A DNA stretch of 64,000 bases from NCBI GenBank assembly GCA_965644265.1, contig OZ286469.1:64604001-64668000 (forward strand), in the 5' to 3' direction. Positions 35,001 through 50,605 of the stretch are shown piece after piece; the stretch's first letter is position 1; the number at the start of each line of letters is the position of its first letter. The notes below the pieces were generated by a model, which saw only the letters and a list, made by a program, of their open reading frames with translations, was not told where the DNA came from and ran no database searches. The stretch comes from Glycera tridactyla (lineage: Eukaryota). A program made the translations under genes and the position numbers.

Positions 35001-38000
35001 ACTCCCCGGATCTCTCTAAAATGTCAGAGTGCTATTTACCCAAAGATTAGTTGATCTCAAACTAAAGCGGGTGCTCTTAGTTGCTATGGTTCACACAGGG
35101 AACCATAGCAACCAAAGTGATCTATCAAAATCTTGAAAGTAGGTGAAGCTAAGATTCAACCGATACAGCCTCAGCTCTTGTCCTGCCAACTAGGTCGAAT
35201 ACAAGATCAATCCATTAATCAATCAATCAGTCGACTTGACGGAGTGGATCCAAGGTCTTTGGCAAGAACTGTTCCCTTAGCGCTAAAACTACCATGTGCT
35301 TCTTGAAGAGCTGAATGATATGAGCATCGTCTCACTGAGTGTCATGGGATGCTGGCGATCCTATCAAGCACCGGTCAGAGAGGTGTGAAAGCCATGCGCA
35401 CTCACGAGCGCATGTGCAAGCTAGCATTACCGACTATGCTACTCAAAATTCACTGCAAGCATGTCAGAGGCAGTGATAGAGGGCAGTTGTAGCTATTCTT
35501 GGTGGGTGACTAGCGGGCAGGTGGAAAGCGTAACCAAGCGGTAACCAACGGAGACGTAACTCTCCTCCCAGCCAATAGCAGTTAGATTTCCCTTGTGGCC
35601 AGCGTGTTGATTAACTGTTGGCCGGTGTATGGCCAAGGTGCTGATCCCTGACGATTCACACACGCACACGCACACATTACGCACACACGCACACATTACG
35701 CACACACGCACACATTACGCACACATGCATGCACGTACACACGCACATGTCTCATGTACTCAACTTATCCACGAAGGCATGTGTTGGAAATTGGCTTCCC
35801 CCCCCCCCCATGCTTCAAGCTGAATTCTTGATGTATAGTAACAGCATTGTACAAGTGAGACAATTTACACTAGGCCACAAAAAAGAGAGCAAGTCATTTG
35901 GGGGGGTATCTTGGAGAGTGGGGGGGGGGGGGGGGGGCGACGACAGAAGAAATACAGATGAGATATGCCTTCTCAAAACCGTGAAATCATCGTATGTGAA
36001 GAAACAAAAAGCGCTCATTACATAGCGATGTCATCCTTTCCACAATCCATTATCAGTTTTTGTCCCCGGATCCCCCATCAATAATGCCTCCTGAGATAAT
36101 GTCACATTAAAATCAGCCACAATCTACCTCGCATGGGCATTTTTATATCAAACTGTGCTGATAATTGACAGGGTTGTGACAGAGGCGCTTTGCACTGTTG
36201 CGCCGAGAGGCAAGGGTATAAATAATGAAAACATCATATAAGCGATCGCGTTGGAAACTACCTGTTGTGATCTGCTCATCAGTCATGTCAAGCACGCCGA
36301 AACGTCACGAAACATGACCACCGCCAACCTCGTTGAAATGCATCAATATGACCGTGATGACCCCATTAAAATATCCGGATACAGTTACACTATCCGGTGA
36401 GAATACAAACCGCGATCAATGCACAGAGCAGCCATCAAAAACGCACCAGTCATTGGAAACTTTTCTATGGTGCGAATAAATTCCTTGTCATTGATAGCCA
36501 AACATCATCTAAAATTGACCAATCGACGAGTGATGGGGGCTTCCAAAATTACCATACTGAAGTTTATGCCCTATATGTACATGTGTGAGTGAAACATTCA
36601 AGAGCACATCGTTGATCCAATACCTGGGCCCTGAACTCAGCAGCATCATGAAGGGCTCAATCGTGAAAGGTTTGATCCTGAAAGCTCAGGTCTTGAAGGC
36701 TTTAATTGTGAAATCACCCTAATTCTATCAGTTGCTGAAAACCCTTCATACTGGGTCAAAAATAGTAGGCATGCCAATTTCAAAGAGTAGCACTGACAGT
36801 ATTTACAATGGAATGAGAAAGGTCTTGATTTTGCAGAGTATCATCACCTGTAAAATGCAGAAATATTTGGCCCAAAAATAGTTGCTACTCCCGAAATCAT
36901 AGTGATCAGCATCTCTGCTGGAATTTCAATTTGCCTGAATTAGTTTTGTCCTCAATATAGCTCGGCACAGAGGATGTGTGACAAACATTTTCAACACCCT
37001 CACTAGTATAATTTGGTTTTAAATTAGCATAGTAGGTCTGACCTAAACAAAAATCTTTTATGAATGCAGGAGAATTTGGTGACCGACCTCCCCACCCCCG
37101 CCCACCAGTGCCTCCTCATATGAGTCTGGTTCATAAGTGGAGTGATAAAATGAAACCCGTCACTGTCACAACTCAGGTATTGATTTATCCCCTCTGCTTG
37201 GCATAGCCACGGCAATCAAAGCCTCTGCAGGGGTTCTTTTAAAAGCACATCAATCCCATGAATATTGGTCATTTGTCATTTTAATATCGTTATTAACCAT
37301 TGCATTCTCAGGTGGTCTGCCGTGTCCAGGGATACTATCGTATCCAGCAGTGGATTGGATACAAGTCCATGGCCCCTTCATCCAATACCAGTTCTTATAA
37401 TCCACCAAATGAAAATCTCGAAAATGGACCATAGAGCTCATTTCATTGGCACAAATATAGTCAAACATGTCCAGAGCATATATAAAATGCAGAAGCCTAT
37501 ATAATTATAAATAGAGAGTATCTCAGCGACTGTGACAGCAATTCTAGTTGTGCGGTGTCAAGAGCATCTGATGCTCACAAAAAATGAGGTATTTTTCTTT
37601 TCAAAGGACTTGTAAGTTCGATTCAATGCCCACAACAGTTCAGATATGTGTCCTGCAGAAAAAAACACAGTCTTTTGCCATAGATTGCAGGTATTTATAA
37701 ATAAGAATGGGAATCATTAATTTCTGTCATTTCATCAATTTGTATCAAGTCGGAGGTTGGCACATAGCCTCTCTCGCCTGTATTTCAGACATCTGAATAG
37801 GATGGGATGATGTTTAGCTCACGTTTCTTGACATACATATATATTTCTCTTCAAAGGTTGCTGACACATGTGAACCAATAACAATCAATTTAATGCACAT
37901 TTTTTATCCCTTTGTGAATACTTCCCACTTTCACCTGTATACCTTTTGTACGACTGATGAATCTTGGGAGTGTGTATATCAAATAAAACATCAATCCATC

Positions 38001-38910
38001 AGACAACTTTCACCCCTATGATCTCTACCACAATATCAGATGGACCCATTCCCAATAGATTCAATTCTATTTGTAGGAACAAGAGTTAATGGACCTGCCT
38101 AAATTTGATATTATGACCATTATTATACGATCCCCACAAATTGTGGTAATGATCCATGAATACTGAAAATCTGGCGAAAAAATCGCCTCTTTTTTCGCTT
38201 CTCATCTCGGGCAACCTGACTCTGTTGTGTATCTGGCGTGACAGGACATGCTTCACCGACTATCACCGTGACGTCCGACACCATTATTACTCCTGATTTA
38301 TTAATACGATTTACGGTTTTTACTACCATGTGTAGCATTTAATGGCAATTTTATCTCCACAAAGCTGAATTATGGCGAATCCATAATGATCAAAAATCGA
38401 TCGCTTTACTTGACAACATGCAACTCATACATGAGCTCCGACAGGTTATGCAAGAGTACTGTCAATCCATTAGCAGAATAAAATGCACAAAAAATTACTC
38501 CTGCTCTGGAAGGGACTATAACTAATGATTTAACATGCTGAAACTGGCACAAAAACCAGGTATAGCTCATCAGCTTTTATGAGGTCACAAAGAAGAGCAC
38601 AGTAACATTAGGCAACCCATGTTTGGTGGTGGTGGTGGTGATAGTGGAAATNNNNNNNNNNNNNNNNNNNNNNNNNNNNNNNNNNNNNNNNNNNNNNNNN
38701 NNNNNNNNNNNNNNNNNNNNNNNNNNNNNNNNNNNNNNNNNNNNNNNNNNNNNNNNNNNNNNNNNNNNNNNNNNNNNNNNNNNNNNNNNNNNNNNNNNNN
38801 NNNNNNNNNNNNNNNNNNNNNNNNNNNNNNNNNNNNNNNNNNNNNNNNNNNNNNNNNATTGTGTGCATGTGTGTGTATCTGAGTGTGTGTATATGTGATT
38901 GTGTGCATGC

Positions 38911-38947
<37 letters not shown>

Positions 38948-41900
38948 TGTGTGTGCACAGGCACATGTGTGGGGATGTTTGTGAGTGTGTGCATCTCAGC
39001 CTGCACACATACATAATCAAGATGGTGGGTTTTCTCCTTGCAAGACATCATATGGCTGGTAGGTGGGGCTGATTGGCCGGCCATCACCTCATGGGGCCCC
39101 AACCAGAACTCTGTAAGAACTTTACTTCATCATTACTTCTCCACTACCCCAGAGGATGGCGCTTCACAAATCCCTGCTGACTAGTGCCCTCCTCTGGTGA
39201 CTAACCGAACCCCTGCATCCCGCCGTCCCCGAGGAAGCCTGAGATTACTTTGTGCCACCTTGATTACCGAAGCGTCCAGCAAGCAGCCAACTGAGAAGGG
39301 CGTACAACTCCCCGCTGCATTCTCGCATCACTACTGAATCACCCAAATCAGCATCCAATGATAAATAATCCGACAAAATATGAACCAACGGCTGCACACT
39401 ACTCCGGCCGATGATGAACGAGTTGTCAACCCTAATGGTACCTGAACGAACTCGATGATGATATGCTTTCTTCCATAATACATCCCATACAAATCACTCA
39501 TACACACCACTCATCTCTATCCATTGGGAGAAACAACCCAGTAGACACAAACTAAATTATAATTGAGTGATAGGGGAGTAATAAAAAAAGTGAGTGCCAT
39601 TGATAGATCCAGTTATGTATATTTTCACGATGGGCAATATTGTCTTAAGTGTTCCGAGACTTTTCTCACAACTAGTCCGGTGTCTTTCAATAGGGGTCAC
39701 AAAGGACCCGTACCGACAAAATAAGTTTGTTTCTCGTGTGAGTTTAATTGACAGCATGATCAATCATCTCTGCCATCTCTCCTGACATCACCACCCTCCT
39801 CATTGAGACTGTTTTGTTCAACGATGCAGGTAAACTTATCAGTTCAACATTTAATGCACATATCAAAACCCACCCAAACTGAGTATTACGTTCCAGGATA
39901 TCACACGAAGACTATCAATATTATCACACCACTAATCCGTACCATATCTGACTATACCTATCAGAATATATATTCACAACTGCAAAATAGCCCATTTGAT
40001 TATGATAAATATTCAACTCAATCCTGTACAGGAATGCAGAATATTGCATAAAGAAACACATGGCCAAATCAGCTCTTGTTTTTGTTCATGAAGCTCCCTG
40101 CATTACTGCATTCCCACAAAATTGAAATCATGATGTGTAGTTTTTATAGTCCTATTCTGCATATATCTGGAAGAATGGTCATTGTTCTACATTGGACTCA
40201 TCCTATGGAGTTGAATTATTCTCATGTATATTTGTAAAAACCATGCACTCTTATCAATATCATTTCAGCTGAATGATAAAGTCTATGTTTTGGATACAAG
40301 ATTTTCTGAGAAAAAGAGATGAACCTGCATGTAGTTCACCGATTTTTGAAAATGTTTCACACTTGTGTGATGGCTCCATATCTCCGAAGCCTGTCATCCA
40401 TGATTATTTCTGCACGTGCCAGCCACGGGTGAGCGACCTGACCACACCATGAGCGTGACCTGACAAGTGTACTTGTCATCGAGATCTGACACTCGCAATG
40501 ATATACTATGATGAATGCTGGAAAAACCACGCTGACGAGGAAGATGGATGGTTATTGATATGAAGAGGAAACTCACATCAAACGCTGGCTTGTGAATTTG
40601 GCTGTGTTGTGTATTTGCCAGTGACAAATCAATGACACACTATGACACACTATATACTTTATAAATCTATATACACGTATAGACTGAATGCAAAGAGTAG
40701 CAGTGGAGTGTTTGAAACAAGGAAATGCGTTAAGTTACAGATTCAAATTATGGACCTACTATTATAGGTACTGGAATGCATGATATGTGAGGCAGATCTG
40801 AGATATCGAATACGATGGGATTGGTGCAGGGATGATGCACATCCTGACAACTGCCATCTAGTGGGAAAGACAAAAGACAGGCAGAATGGCGGACATTCCT
40901 GATTACCAGCATATTCTGTGTTCTAACTCCAATAATTCTTGTCTGATTTTTCATGATCTAAAAACCAAAATTATCAGCAGAAAATGTCCTCTTCTATCCC
41001 ATGGCATTTGTCCCGACTATAATGGGAATCTGTGGCATATAATTATATTTGTATGTGCTAATTGGTATTTTTCATGTTTATTTCAGGATATATATGATCC
41101 ATGACAAGGGTGGAGAATACAATCACATTACATGTATGAAGATTTCCAGCTGACTGCCAGCAACTGCTCACGATCTACTATCACAATATCAGCCATCATT
41201 CTAGTCTATGTAAGTTGTTGAATCTATGCAGAGAGCATGGAGGGATTCAAGCTCTACATTAACATGCATATATTCAATGGGCCCACACACATAGAGCAAT
41301 GTATTCTTGGTTCAATGTCCTCATGTTTAATCAATAACCGCTTCTCTGATCAAAGCACTAGCTGTCGACCATTGTTCTAACAAACACCAAATTTCGTAAT
41401 TCAGTGTAGGCAACTCTTCCATTTCAATCAGAATTGATCCAATATTATGGACCAAAGTTTTACAGATATATCCAAAATATTTTCATCTATCAAGTGTGAT
41501 ATCCTATGAAAGATTCCACTGGGCAGATTCATAAGATAACATATAGTGAATTGTAGTTTTTTACTCTGATCTGTAAGAGAGCCCATTAAGAACAACCTCC
41601 AGCCTGGATTAACGTGCAATGGGTCTAGTGGGAAAAGTCAAGCTTCTTTTACTGAAAAAAATGACCCCGTCTTTTGGGAAATCTGGAGGTGATGCATCTT
41701 AGCGTGCTGACAATATAGGACGGTCACAAAAAACATGCGTCCTCTCTCGAGAAAAGGATGGCATCATGACATTCACTGTGCGCGATTCTGACAGTCGTGT
41801 AGGGAATGAACCCCGCCTTTGACCTGCAGCTCCAAAAAGGGTTAAACTTCTACCCTCAAGATAGGCAATATGCAACACATTTTCCCCACAATATCACCGT

Positions 41901-44900
41901 TCACAAAATGAAATCTACATGTGAGTATCAATACATGAAACGCAGAACAAGAACAGTGAATGCAAGCATTCAACCAATGTCTTCAATGGAACCTGCAAAT
42001 TGAGACCACCGCGGATGACAAAATTAATTGGTCTCTCGATGATATATCAGCTTGCTCGGAATAGTGCACTTCTGAAACGTGGTCCATCAATACCACTGAA
42101 ATATTGTTGCAGGTTCCACTGAGAACATTTCTTAACAAGGAAGCAGCACAAACCAGAGCCCTTCCCATCATTTAGTAAAGTCCTTGTGACTATGACCTAA
42201 TTTACAGAGAGTCATCCATTCAGTATCATCCTACTCCAGTCATCTCACACAAGCTCAGTAACATACTGTGATTGGCAAAGGTGTGTCTGATTGAAGTGGA
42301 AATGTGACAGGGATGAGGCAGCAAGGGAAAATGTTTGGGCCCTTTTGGCACATTTATGTGGTTTCTATGTGCGCCAATGAAGGTCATCCGATCAGAATGC
42401 ACTGATATATATGTGCATTTCGGGGGATCATGTACGGCCATATGTGCCATTTCTCAACTTCATGTGCCTTTTACAGAACAGGGCACATAGTCTAGCTATC
42501 CCACTTGTAATGAAAGCACCTACTTTCATTAAGATATGCCTCAGATTTGAGCAATCATACAAAACCTCTAAAGCTAGATCATTCACTGCAATACATCCAT
42601 ATTCCTACCACCCAAGTCAAACTATACTAGATCTTCTCCCAACATCTATATTAGTACTTGATTGATTAACCCATTCATAGTGTTATCTCCACATTCATTA
42701 TATTCTGGCAATCACATCAGTGATGGATACGAAGTGAAAAGATTCAATAAATTTGCCTGGATTGGCCAAAAACTGCTACCTTTATCAATTTTACATTAGG
42801 TTTTCTTATTCGAGTTAATGTATAGAATGATGACCAAAACTGTCACAAATTGGAAAATGGAAATATCAGAGATTTCATGCGAAAACCATGCGGTAAAGCA
42901 CAGAGAAATTATTCTCAGTAATGAACATATCTCTTGCATTTTTTGAGACAATTTTATTTATTTTTCTTGTTTTCCTTGATAACTCTTCCGATATGAAAAT
43001 GGGTTATCCAAAAGTTCTCTTGAACAATGAAGTAGCAGAGAAATCCTCAACTATGAATGGGTTATTTAGACAAGGCTTATTAGAGATTCTCATACAACCA
43101 ACAGTCATATCAGTCAACCTGGGTTAGTAATTATAGAAGCATCATTCACCACACAAAAGATCCACTAAACATGGGAATAAAATGTCCAATACTTCATTTG
43201 TTTGGTTGATATTTTGCAAATTGGCAATGATGCAAAATAAGTCCAAATTCTAATAATCGCCTGACTTTTTCATACTCTCTTACAAGGTGTAAACACAGGC
43301 AGGATCATTCCATATCATTATAAATCACATCAGATATTTCACAAAATGTAATATAATAAGACCATTTCCAAATCTTTTAATAAGATATATTGTTAGAATC
43401 TAAGTTTTATCCATGTATCTTGAGTGCTATCCATGTCAAGAATACATCAATCATGGTCAATTTCTGGAATGGATAAATAGTTGGGTAATCGATAAAAGAT
43501 GAGTATGACCCATATGTATATACTTGAGTTGCTTGAAAATTCAAAAATCACAACTGATATGTTTGAATGAGCACTGGCGTGTAGTTGTATTTTCATTTGT
43601 ATCACAAAAGGGTCCAAGTTGCCTTCAGAGCAAGGAATGAATATTGAAAATTCAAAGTATGAATACAGTGGCCTGATGTCAAGAGCCGATCAGGGATCTT
43701 GAATAGCATGCAAAATTTTCATTGAAGAAAGAATGCATGCACTTTAATATTCAATATGCTGCTTATCTTGTACTGTATCATTTTGGTGGATATTTGTGTG
43801 GTGACAAAGGTGACTCAGTTAAAGAGTCAGGCAGAAGAGGAGGAGGATGTGTCAGTATAACCGCCCTTAATTATCCCCCATCAAGATAATATGGCTGACC
43901 TGCTTTAGCTTGATGAGATTCTACAAAATAAACACAAAATGAAAAACAAAAAGTGCCACAAGAAGTTCACACAAACACAAATTTAAGGGATGCATACACT
44001 CCAGCAGACCTGCTACTTAACTGCTGCAGTCATAGCAAACTGAGGGGGCGACTGAATAATTGATTGATCTGCATTAAGTATCCCTTTTATGGGATATATT
44101 GATAAAGCCTGAATGCTATCCATTTAATCCATTCACATGACCTTCACCAGTACAGGACCATTTCCTACCACTTCAGTAGGGGATAAAGAGTTGGTTGCTT
44201 AGATGTTTGTTTCACATCTGGTGAGCACCATTTGGGCTATATTGAAATGCCCATGCGTTGGTCATGGTGGGATCATACAGGTCTTTTCTCTCTTGGTCCC
44301 TAAAAGGAGGGGAAAATTCATGAAATTCCAAAACACTCAAGGTGACATTTCTGCAGGGTGGGGTAAGGGAAGAAGAGTTTGAGGTGTGGTAGATAAATTA
44401 CAGCTCCGATTATACAAAATTATACCGACATTCTTTGCAAGATGGTCAGCCTAAGCCCCCATTATCATCAACATGTCACAGAAGACCTTCATGATTTATC
44501 AGAATTTTCTTTTTATCATTTCATCTATGAGAAAAATAACAATCAGAAGTTTTATCTGATTCATAGTACAGAACACCAATACTGAAGTTGAAATAGAAAC
44601 TAATGAATCTCATGTAAGCTTTCAGATGAATATGATCTAGCTTAAAATATCCCATGAATGTACATCACATGAGTTCTGCAGTATCAGTGGCAGAAATTGG
44701 TCAGGTCAATGAACGAAGACCAATGTGAGATGGAAAGAGTCAGAATAAATGAATGACATTTGCATGGCGACCCGCTGACTTTTGCAATGAATTGATAGAT
44801 GAGGGAAGAGGGAATCAGGCAGAGAAGGAATGCAGCAAGGGGGCTTCTTCCGTCTATCTGCGAACGCCTGGGGAAACACAGGCAGGTCGTGCTCGGGGAA

Positions 44901-47900
44901 ATCAAGAAGAGCAGCACTTGATAAAGGATGGTCAGCAGTGGACGAACATGGCAACAAAGTCCGTTGATGGATCACCCACCGACCGCTGCCTACGCCACCG
45001 CCAGTTGGTGACCCGCCTGATGAGCAACAGGACAAACAGCAGGGCAAACACACGGTATACAGATCGCCGACTTAACTACCATCCACAAGCACATTTCAAC
45101 ACAACATTTGCATCACTTGCCGCTTCTAAAGTTGCGACACAATCGTACGACAACTTTTAGCACTAGAAAACTGCTTTTGCTCATCCTCTGAATAAATTGT
45201 GAGATCTAAACATGCCCAGTCCTGATGTATGAGATCAGTAACCGCTCCCAGTAGTTCAGTCTCTGAGGAAAGTGTCGGACGACGTAACATTCACTAGTAT
45301 AGTACTATCAATGGGACAGAGCAAAACTCCTGTAATTATGGTCAGATTTTCTCATAGTACCATCACTTATTCACAAAAGTATTTTTACTCAAATATCCAG
45401 CCCCAAAAGAGCAACTTCTCAATTCAAATTTTTCATCAAATTTGGAATTCAGAACTGATTCAGATAATTGGCATCCCTACCAGTAAATAAGAATATTTGT
45501 TGGAATTTGAATTTGAATATATGTGTAGAATACCAGAGATTGTACATGACTTCCGAATGAGGGTGAGTAAGTTAGAAAGTAGGTTTTCATTCTACCTCGA
45601 TGGTACCTTGATGGACAAATACAGGTATAGTGATGGCATTGAGTTCATTAAATGTCCACCCTCACATACAGGTTTTTATCCAGGTAAACTTTCAACTTGA
45701 TCAATTAAAGAATTCAGGGAATTGAGACATCACTGATGAAGTACTGGACTGCCATCAGTTTTGGAGATGGTATTATGAATGAAATCTGAATGATATGGGA
45801 AACATTTTGGCACTGAAATTCCACCCCACCCACCTCTCCTACAGTGCAAACAATCTGATATCATGTACATATAGAAAGTCAAATATCTCACACGACCATT
45901 TAAGTAGCACATACTGATGATTACTGTTCCTCGATTGACACAACCTGCTTCAGAACTGTCTCGTGAAACTCTCAAAATAATAAGTTTTCACAAGTAGGGG
46001 ATTTTCTCTACTGACTCGTCCAGAAGTCAGGTTTCGTGCAGGATTAACAAGCCGGGCAACTCTACACAAAATTCTGACATCACATCATAACGGATGAAGT
46101 ACCTGATGAGGAAAATTAAGAGAAACTGTTTCTGAAGCAGGTATGTTCACATGTGAATACAATACAGTCACGGACACAGACATTGAAATGGTTTCAACAC
46201 ACACATATGGTTACACATAGACACACACACACAAACACACACACACTCACCATTACACATATTCACACTCACAAACACAGGTACAAGCATGGCTCACTGA
46301 AAACATAGTCTCCATCACCTCAAGAATTGGCCTCGAATAACCAACAAAGCAAATTTGGGAGAAAATTTAGGCTTCCAACTTCTTGCAAACCAAGAAAGCA
46401 TCTCAAAATAGTACAATGAAATGGTCAAAATGGAGAGATGAAAATGGAGAAAATATATTTTGACGGAGCCCAAATCAATGCGTATAGCACTTGCCACATA
46501 TGTAGCAGGTGCGTGTAAAGGTAGAACGTAAATAATAAAAATATAGGTACCGTATGCGTGAGAGTCAAGCTCACCTGTGAGGCCTGACAGGATGCCCCCA
46601 CAATAAACCGTACAATTGGTGGGGCTCGACTGCCCATATACCTCCTCAAAACTCAACGGTTTCTGTGCTGTAAACAGAGAAAAAACATGTCTCAGTATAT
46701 AGTTTTCAATACAATTCATACATGTGACAGAAAAATCCATGAATTTCTCCTTTTTTTCAAAAAAGTACACATTATTGCACTCAACTGAAGATGATCTCTT
46801 CCAAAATTATGGGATATGTCCCTGCAATCATCTAACGTTGGGTCAGTTGTAGGCTGATTTGGGCATGCATCAGCAGAAAATCTCAAAATTATAAATCCTT
46901 TTTTCTTAAATTAGTTGCTAGGCCCTAAACCAAATTTGATTTTTTTTCCAGGAATGCAGGCGTGCCATAAATCCATGGTTACAAGCACAGGTCAGGACGA
47001 CCGCAGTAACTGTTATGACCTTCAACTGGGGCTGCGTGTCCTTCCCTGATCTGACCTTCGCAATATGGTAATGTTGATGACAGTCAGTCTATTACGGCCC
47101 AAAAGACGCACATAACAGCTCTTAATTGTCTTACAAGTGACCTTTGATGGTCAATGTTAGTGACGTGCGGGGTACGTCGGGGGAGAGTGGGACGCATCGC
47201 AACAGGTACTGATCACCACCAGATATGTGTACTTGTAGTCCGCAGCCAAACAGTAATCAGGTCAGTAACATTCTCCACGTCGTCTCGCACTACTTTGTCT
47301 AAATGTTGGCCTCTTCTTATCGCTCCGTGGGGACGGCGCCGAGGCACCACCACAGTGAAATTACTTACAAATTTGACGGATAAATATGGGCCTGTCAGTG
47401 TGTCTTGTGACCAAACCAAGCGCACTGGTCACATAAGGCGGCCACACCACTCATTCATGATATATTAAAAAGTCGGGATTAAATGTTTTGATGCATACAG
47501 GCCAGATGTGACCTGCCACTTGGCAACTTGAGAGCCCTTTCAGATGACCGTCACAAGTCCCCGTCACCCACACAGCCTACCACTTACATGACCACCTGAT
47601 TAACAATTGATGCAAATGGCCTACGAATCGAACCCTTCATGTTTGGATGTCATTCTCAGCTTGACATTAACTTGTACAATTCTACCATCTTTCATGATAC
47701 TAGCTACCATTGGTGATTTCCTTTAAAAACCGTACTACATTTCATATAACCAAATCCTGAGGATCATAATGCTAGTGACTGGCAGCTGGGATATTGAATG
47801 TACTGATCGACTGAGTTATGTTTATCCTCCTCTCAACTAATGCTGAGTCATATGAGACAGTATTGTTTAAATAAAGACAGAGATCTGTTTGGACATATTT

Positions 47901-50549
47901 GCAGAAAACCCGCAATGAGAGGCAACCATAAATGTCACCAAAAAAGCAACTGCTCAAAAGATGTGATTTCTTTTATAGAGGTATATTTGACTAGGTTGAA
48001 CAGAAAAGCAGCCCTGAGGAAATAGACTTTAATTGTACATGGTCTCTCTCCTCAGAGGATCATCTGAAAGGCAATTTTAGGTACATCTGGTATAAAGCTA
48101 CTCCACACAGAAAATGTACTTTGAAACCTGGTAAAGTATAATAGAGATTAAAAGTTCTTACAAGACACAAGAAACAAGAGATGTCAAGAGGATCAACTTT
48201 CTGATGATTAGCTTTTAGATACAGGAGATCTTTTATAAGGACGGTCACTTTCACTACAGGTTCATCTGTATTGATAATGGTGCTGAGGCAAATTTTCTCA
48301 ACCACTGTTTCCCAATTGCCACACAAAAGCTAGTACACCGAACCACAGCACCACTGGTGCTTAATTCTACAGCTTCAGCTCTCGGCTGTATCACAGAAGG
48401 AAATTAATAATTCACGGCTCATCACAACTCATTTTTCCGATATTAAACCCGGGAATATGTCTTGATTACCGCCATGGTAGCGTCTTATAAATCCTCATTT
48501 GTAAATTACCCACCGCTCGTCATAACTTACAATCTGCTCCATTGCAGCACCTGATGGAAGTATGAATTATAAATTCCGTTATTAGTCAAATATTACTATT
48601 TAACAATAAAAGAGAGCTTGTTGGCAGCAGGCACATGGCAGCATAGATTAGTTGAGGCATTGTTAATTCCCAAACTGGCTAGTTTGAAATCAGCTGGGGC
48701 CGATAGCGTGAGAGGTATGCACAGATGATAATCATTCGCGTCTCGTGTTCTACTCCAAGCGTGCTCACAATTATGACGCACAACTATCACTCAGGGAACG
48801 TCATTAACGAGAAATGAACGGGCTTCTCATTATGAGAGTTTTGAATAGTTAAAGAGGCGGTGTGAAGCCGCGCAAGTTTTAAGTTTGATTGACTACTGGG
48901 CCATGTCCCCACTGCTTTACCTCTCTTCATAAACAAATATCCAATTTTAATATCAAATCAGATTTCTTCCTGTCCAATTCTCTTGGGACTGCTCACCAGT
49001 GACATCGCAGTAACGAGGTTTAACCATATAAGTTCTAAAGCTTCGCCATGATGACAGTCAAAACCATAATGTCCTTAACCCATACAAGTCGACATGCATC
49101 TAAACGAGAATCTTGACAGGAATAACTACCAACATACCAGGACATAAATTTTTCGCAAATTCTGCACATGCCAAAATTGATTAGATCACCCCCCCCCCCA
49201 CCCCATATCAGTGATCACATCTTTCAGTCAAAAGAACACCTACTCAGCAAAACAATTCTGGCATACTTCTAGCATGTTACTATAGCTGGATGAATCCCTG
49301 AATATCTCACAAGTTGTGCTTTGAGCAGCAAGCATGTCTGAGAAGACCATCATTGGAAAGATGATCAGTTTGCCGAGAGCCCTCAGAAATTCATAGTTGC
49401 TTTAGAGTGAGGAGTTATCAAACCTGGCTGGGGAGACCACTTGTTTGGGAGAATGACATTCATGCTAGATTGGAAAGATAGAATTGTTGAGATACTGGGA
49501 TTAAATGTGTACATGTACTTACATTCTTTACTATTTGGTGCTGGGGGTTTGCGAGATGCCCAGTTGGTTCGAATGGCTCGGCTACCAATCCACTGGCCAT
49601 TCATACCAGCTATTGCATTCTCGGCATCCTGAAAACACACAGAAAAACCATCATGAAAATATGATCAAGCCGAAAATACAGGTGGAATCAGATGGAATGT
49701 GAAACTTGGGTAGCCATCTCCTGCTCTCTTCAGCAGAACTGAACAAATGTTTGGACAATCCGACGGCTTTCTTGAAACCTAAAAATGTAGGTAATCGCGA
49801 TTAATTCCACAAATTGATAGCCCAACCATTATTTTTCATGAGTCAGACCAAGCACATATAGATGCATTCTATAAGCAGATCTCAACATTGGTGTTTAGTT
49901 GATTGGATAATCTTGGAATTTCTGGAGACAGCTGGTCCCTAACATTCAATTTTTGACAGATTTCTCACTACCGGTTTCCGAATCACACACTGTGTTAGAT
50001 AATCCCCAAAATGACTTGCTTGTAACTAGTTGGAAGGAAAGATTCAAACATTATACTGCTGCTTTTTCTCAGGATGTTGGCCAGGTGAAGGGTCAATATG
50101 TCCAGTTATTTGGGCATGAGCGGTAACTTTATATTCATTGAAATTGAAGCAACCAAGTGAGTGGGTTGTACAAGATAGGATGACAGGTGCTCAATAAAGG
50201 TGCCTTCTTGCTCTTACAAGTGAGTGCACGCAACATGGATGCCGTCTCGATTGAAATGTGACCATCAAGTGGGTAAATTATTGGACTCGTGTCCGCGTCA
50301 GGGTGACGATGTCACCAGCCGTCACTAGACCTCCTGATGCGTACGCCAATACGGTCCGATGAACGAATATAAAGCAGAACATGTTCGGAGGCAACAAGAA
50401 GCCCACCCTAACATGGTGTCCCCTGATCATCTCACTCCATGATAACTCCATGGAGAATCCAGCTTGATAGACACATCATTTTTGTCATTAGGACCATATC
50501 AGGGCTTGGAGTTCTGGATGGTCATTCCAGACAGACAGGGGGATATATG

Positions 50550-50605
<56 letters not shown>

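Noticed and set aside
44700-45160. GC-richer stretch with 115- and 135-aa ORFs
   Set aside because: No recognisable domain or splice sites compatible with the host gene; probably an old repeat fragment that cannot be classified by eye.
46024-46151. Possible plus-strand exon ending in CAG|GTATGT, and an 11-nt match (GTATGTTCACA) to the distal donor region
   Set aside because: All three frames contain stops; an 11-mer is marginal in 64 kb, and this site is 16 kb away across another exon.
47154-47468. 104-aa ORF beginning near TACGTCGGGGAGAGTGGGAC, a possible DNA-transposon end
   Set aside because: No matching opposite terminus or transposase motif found.
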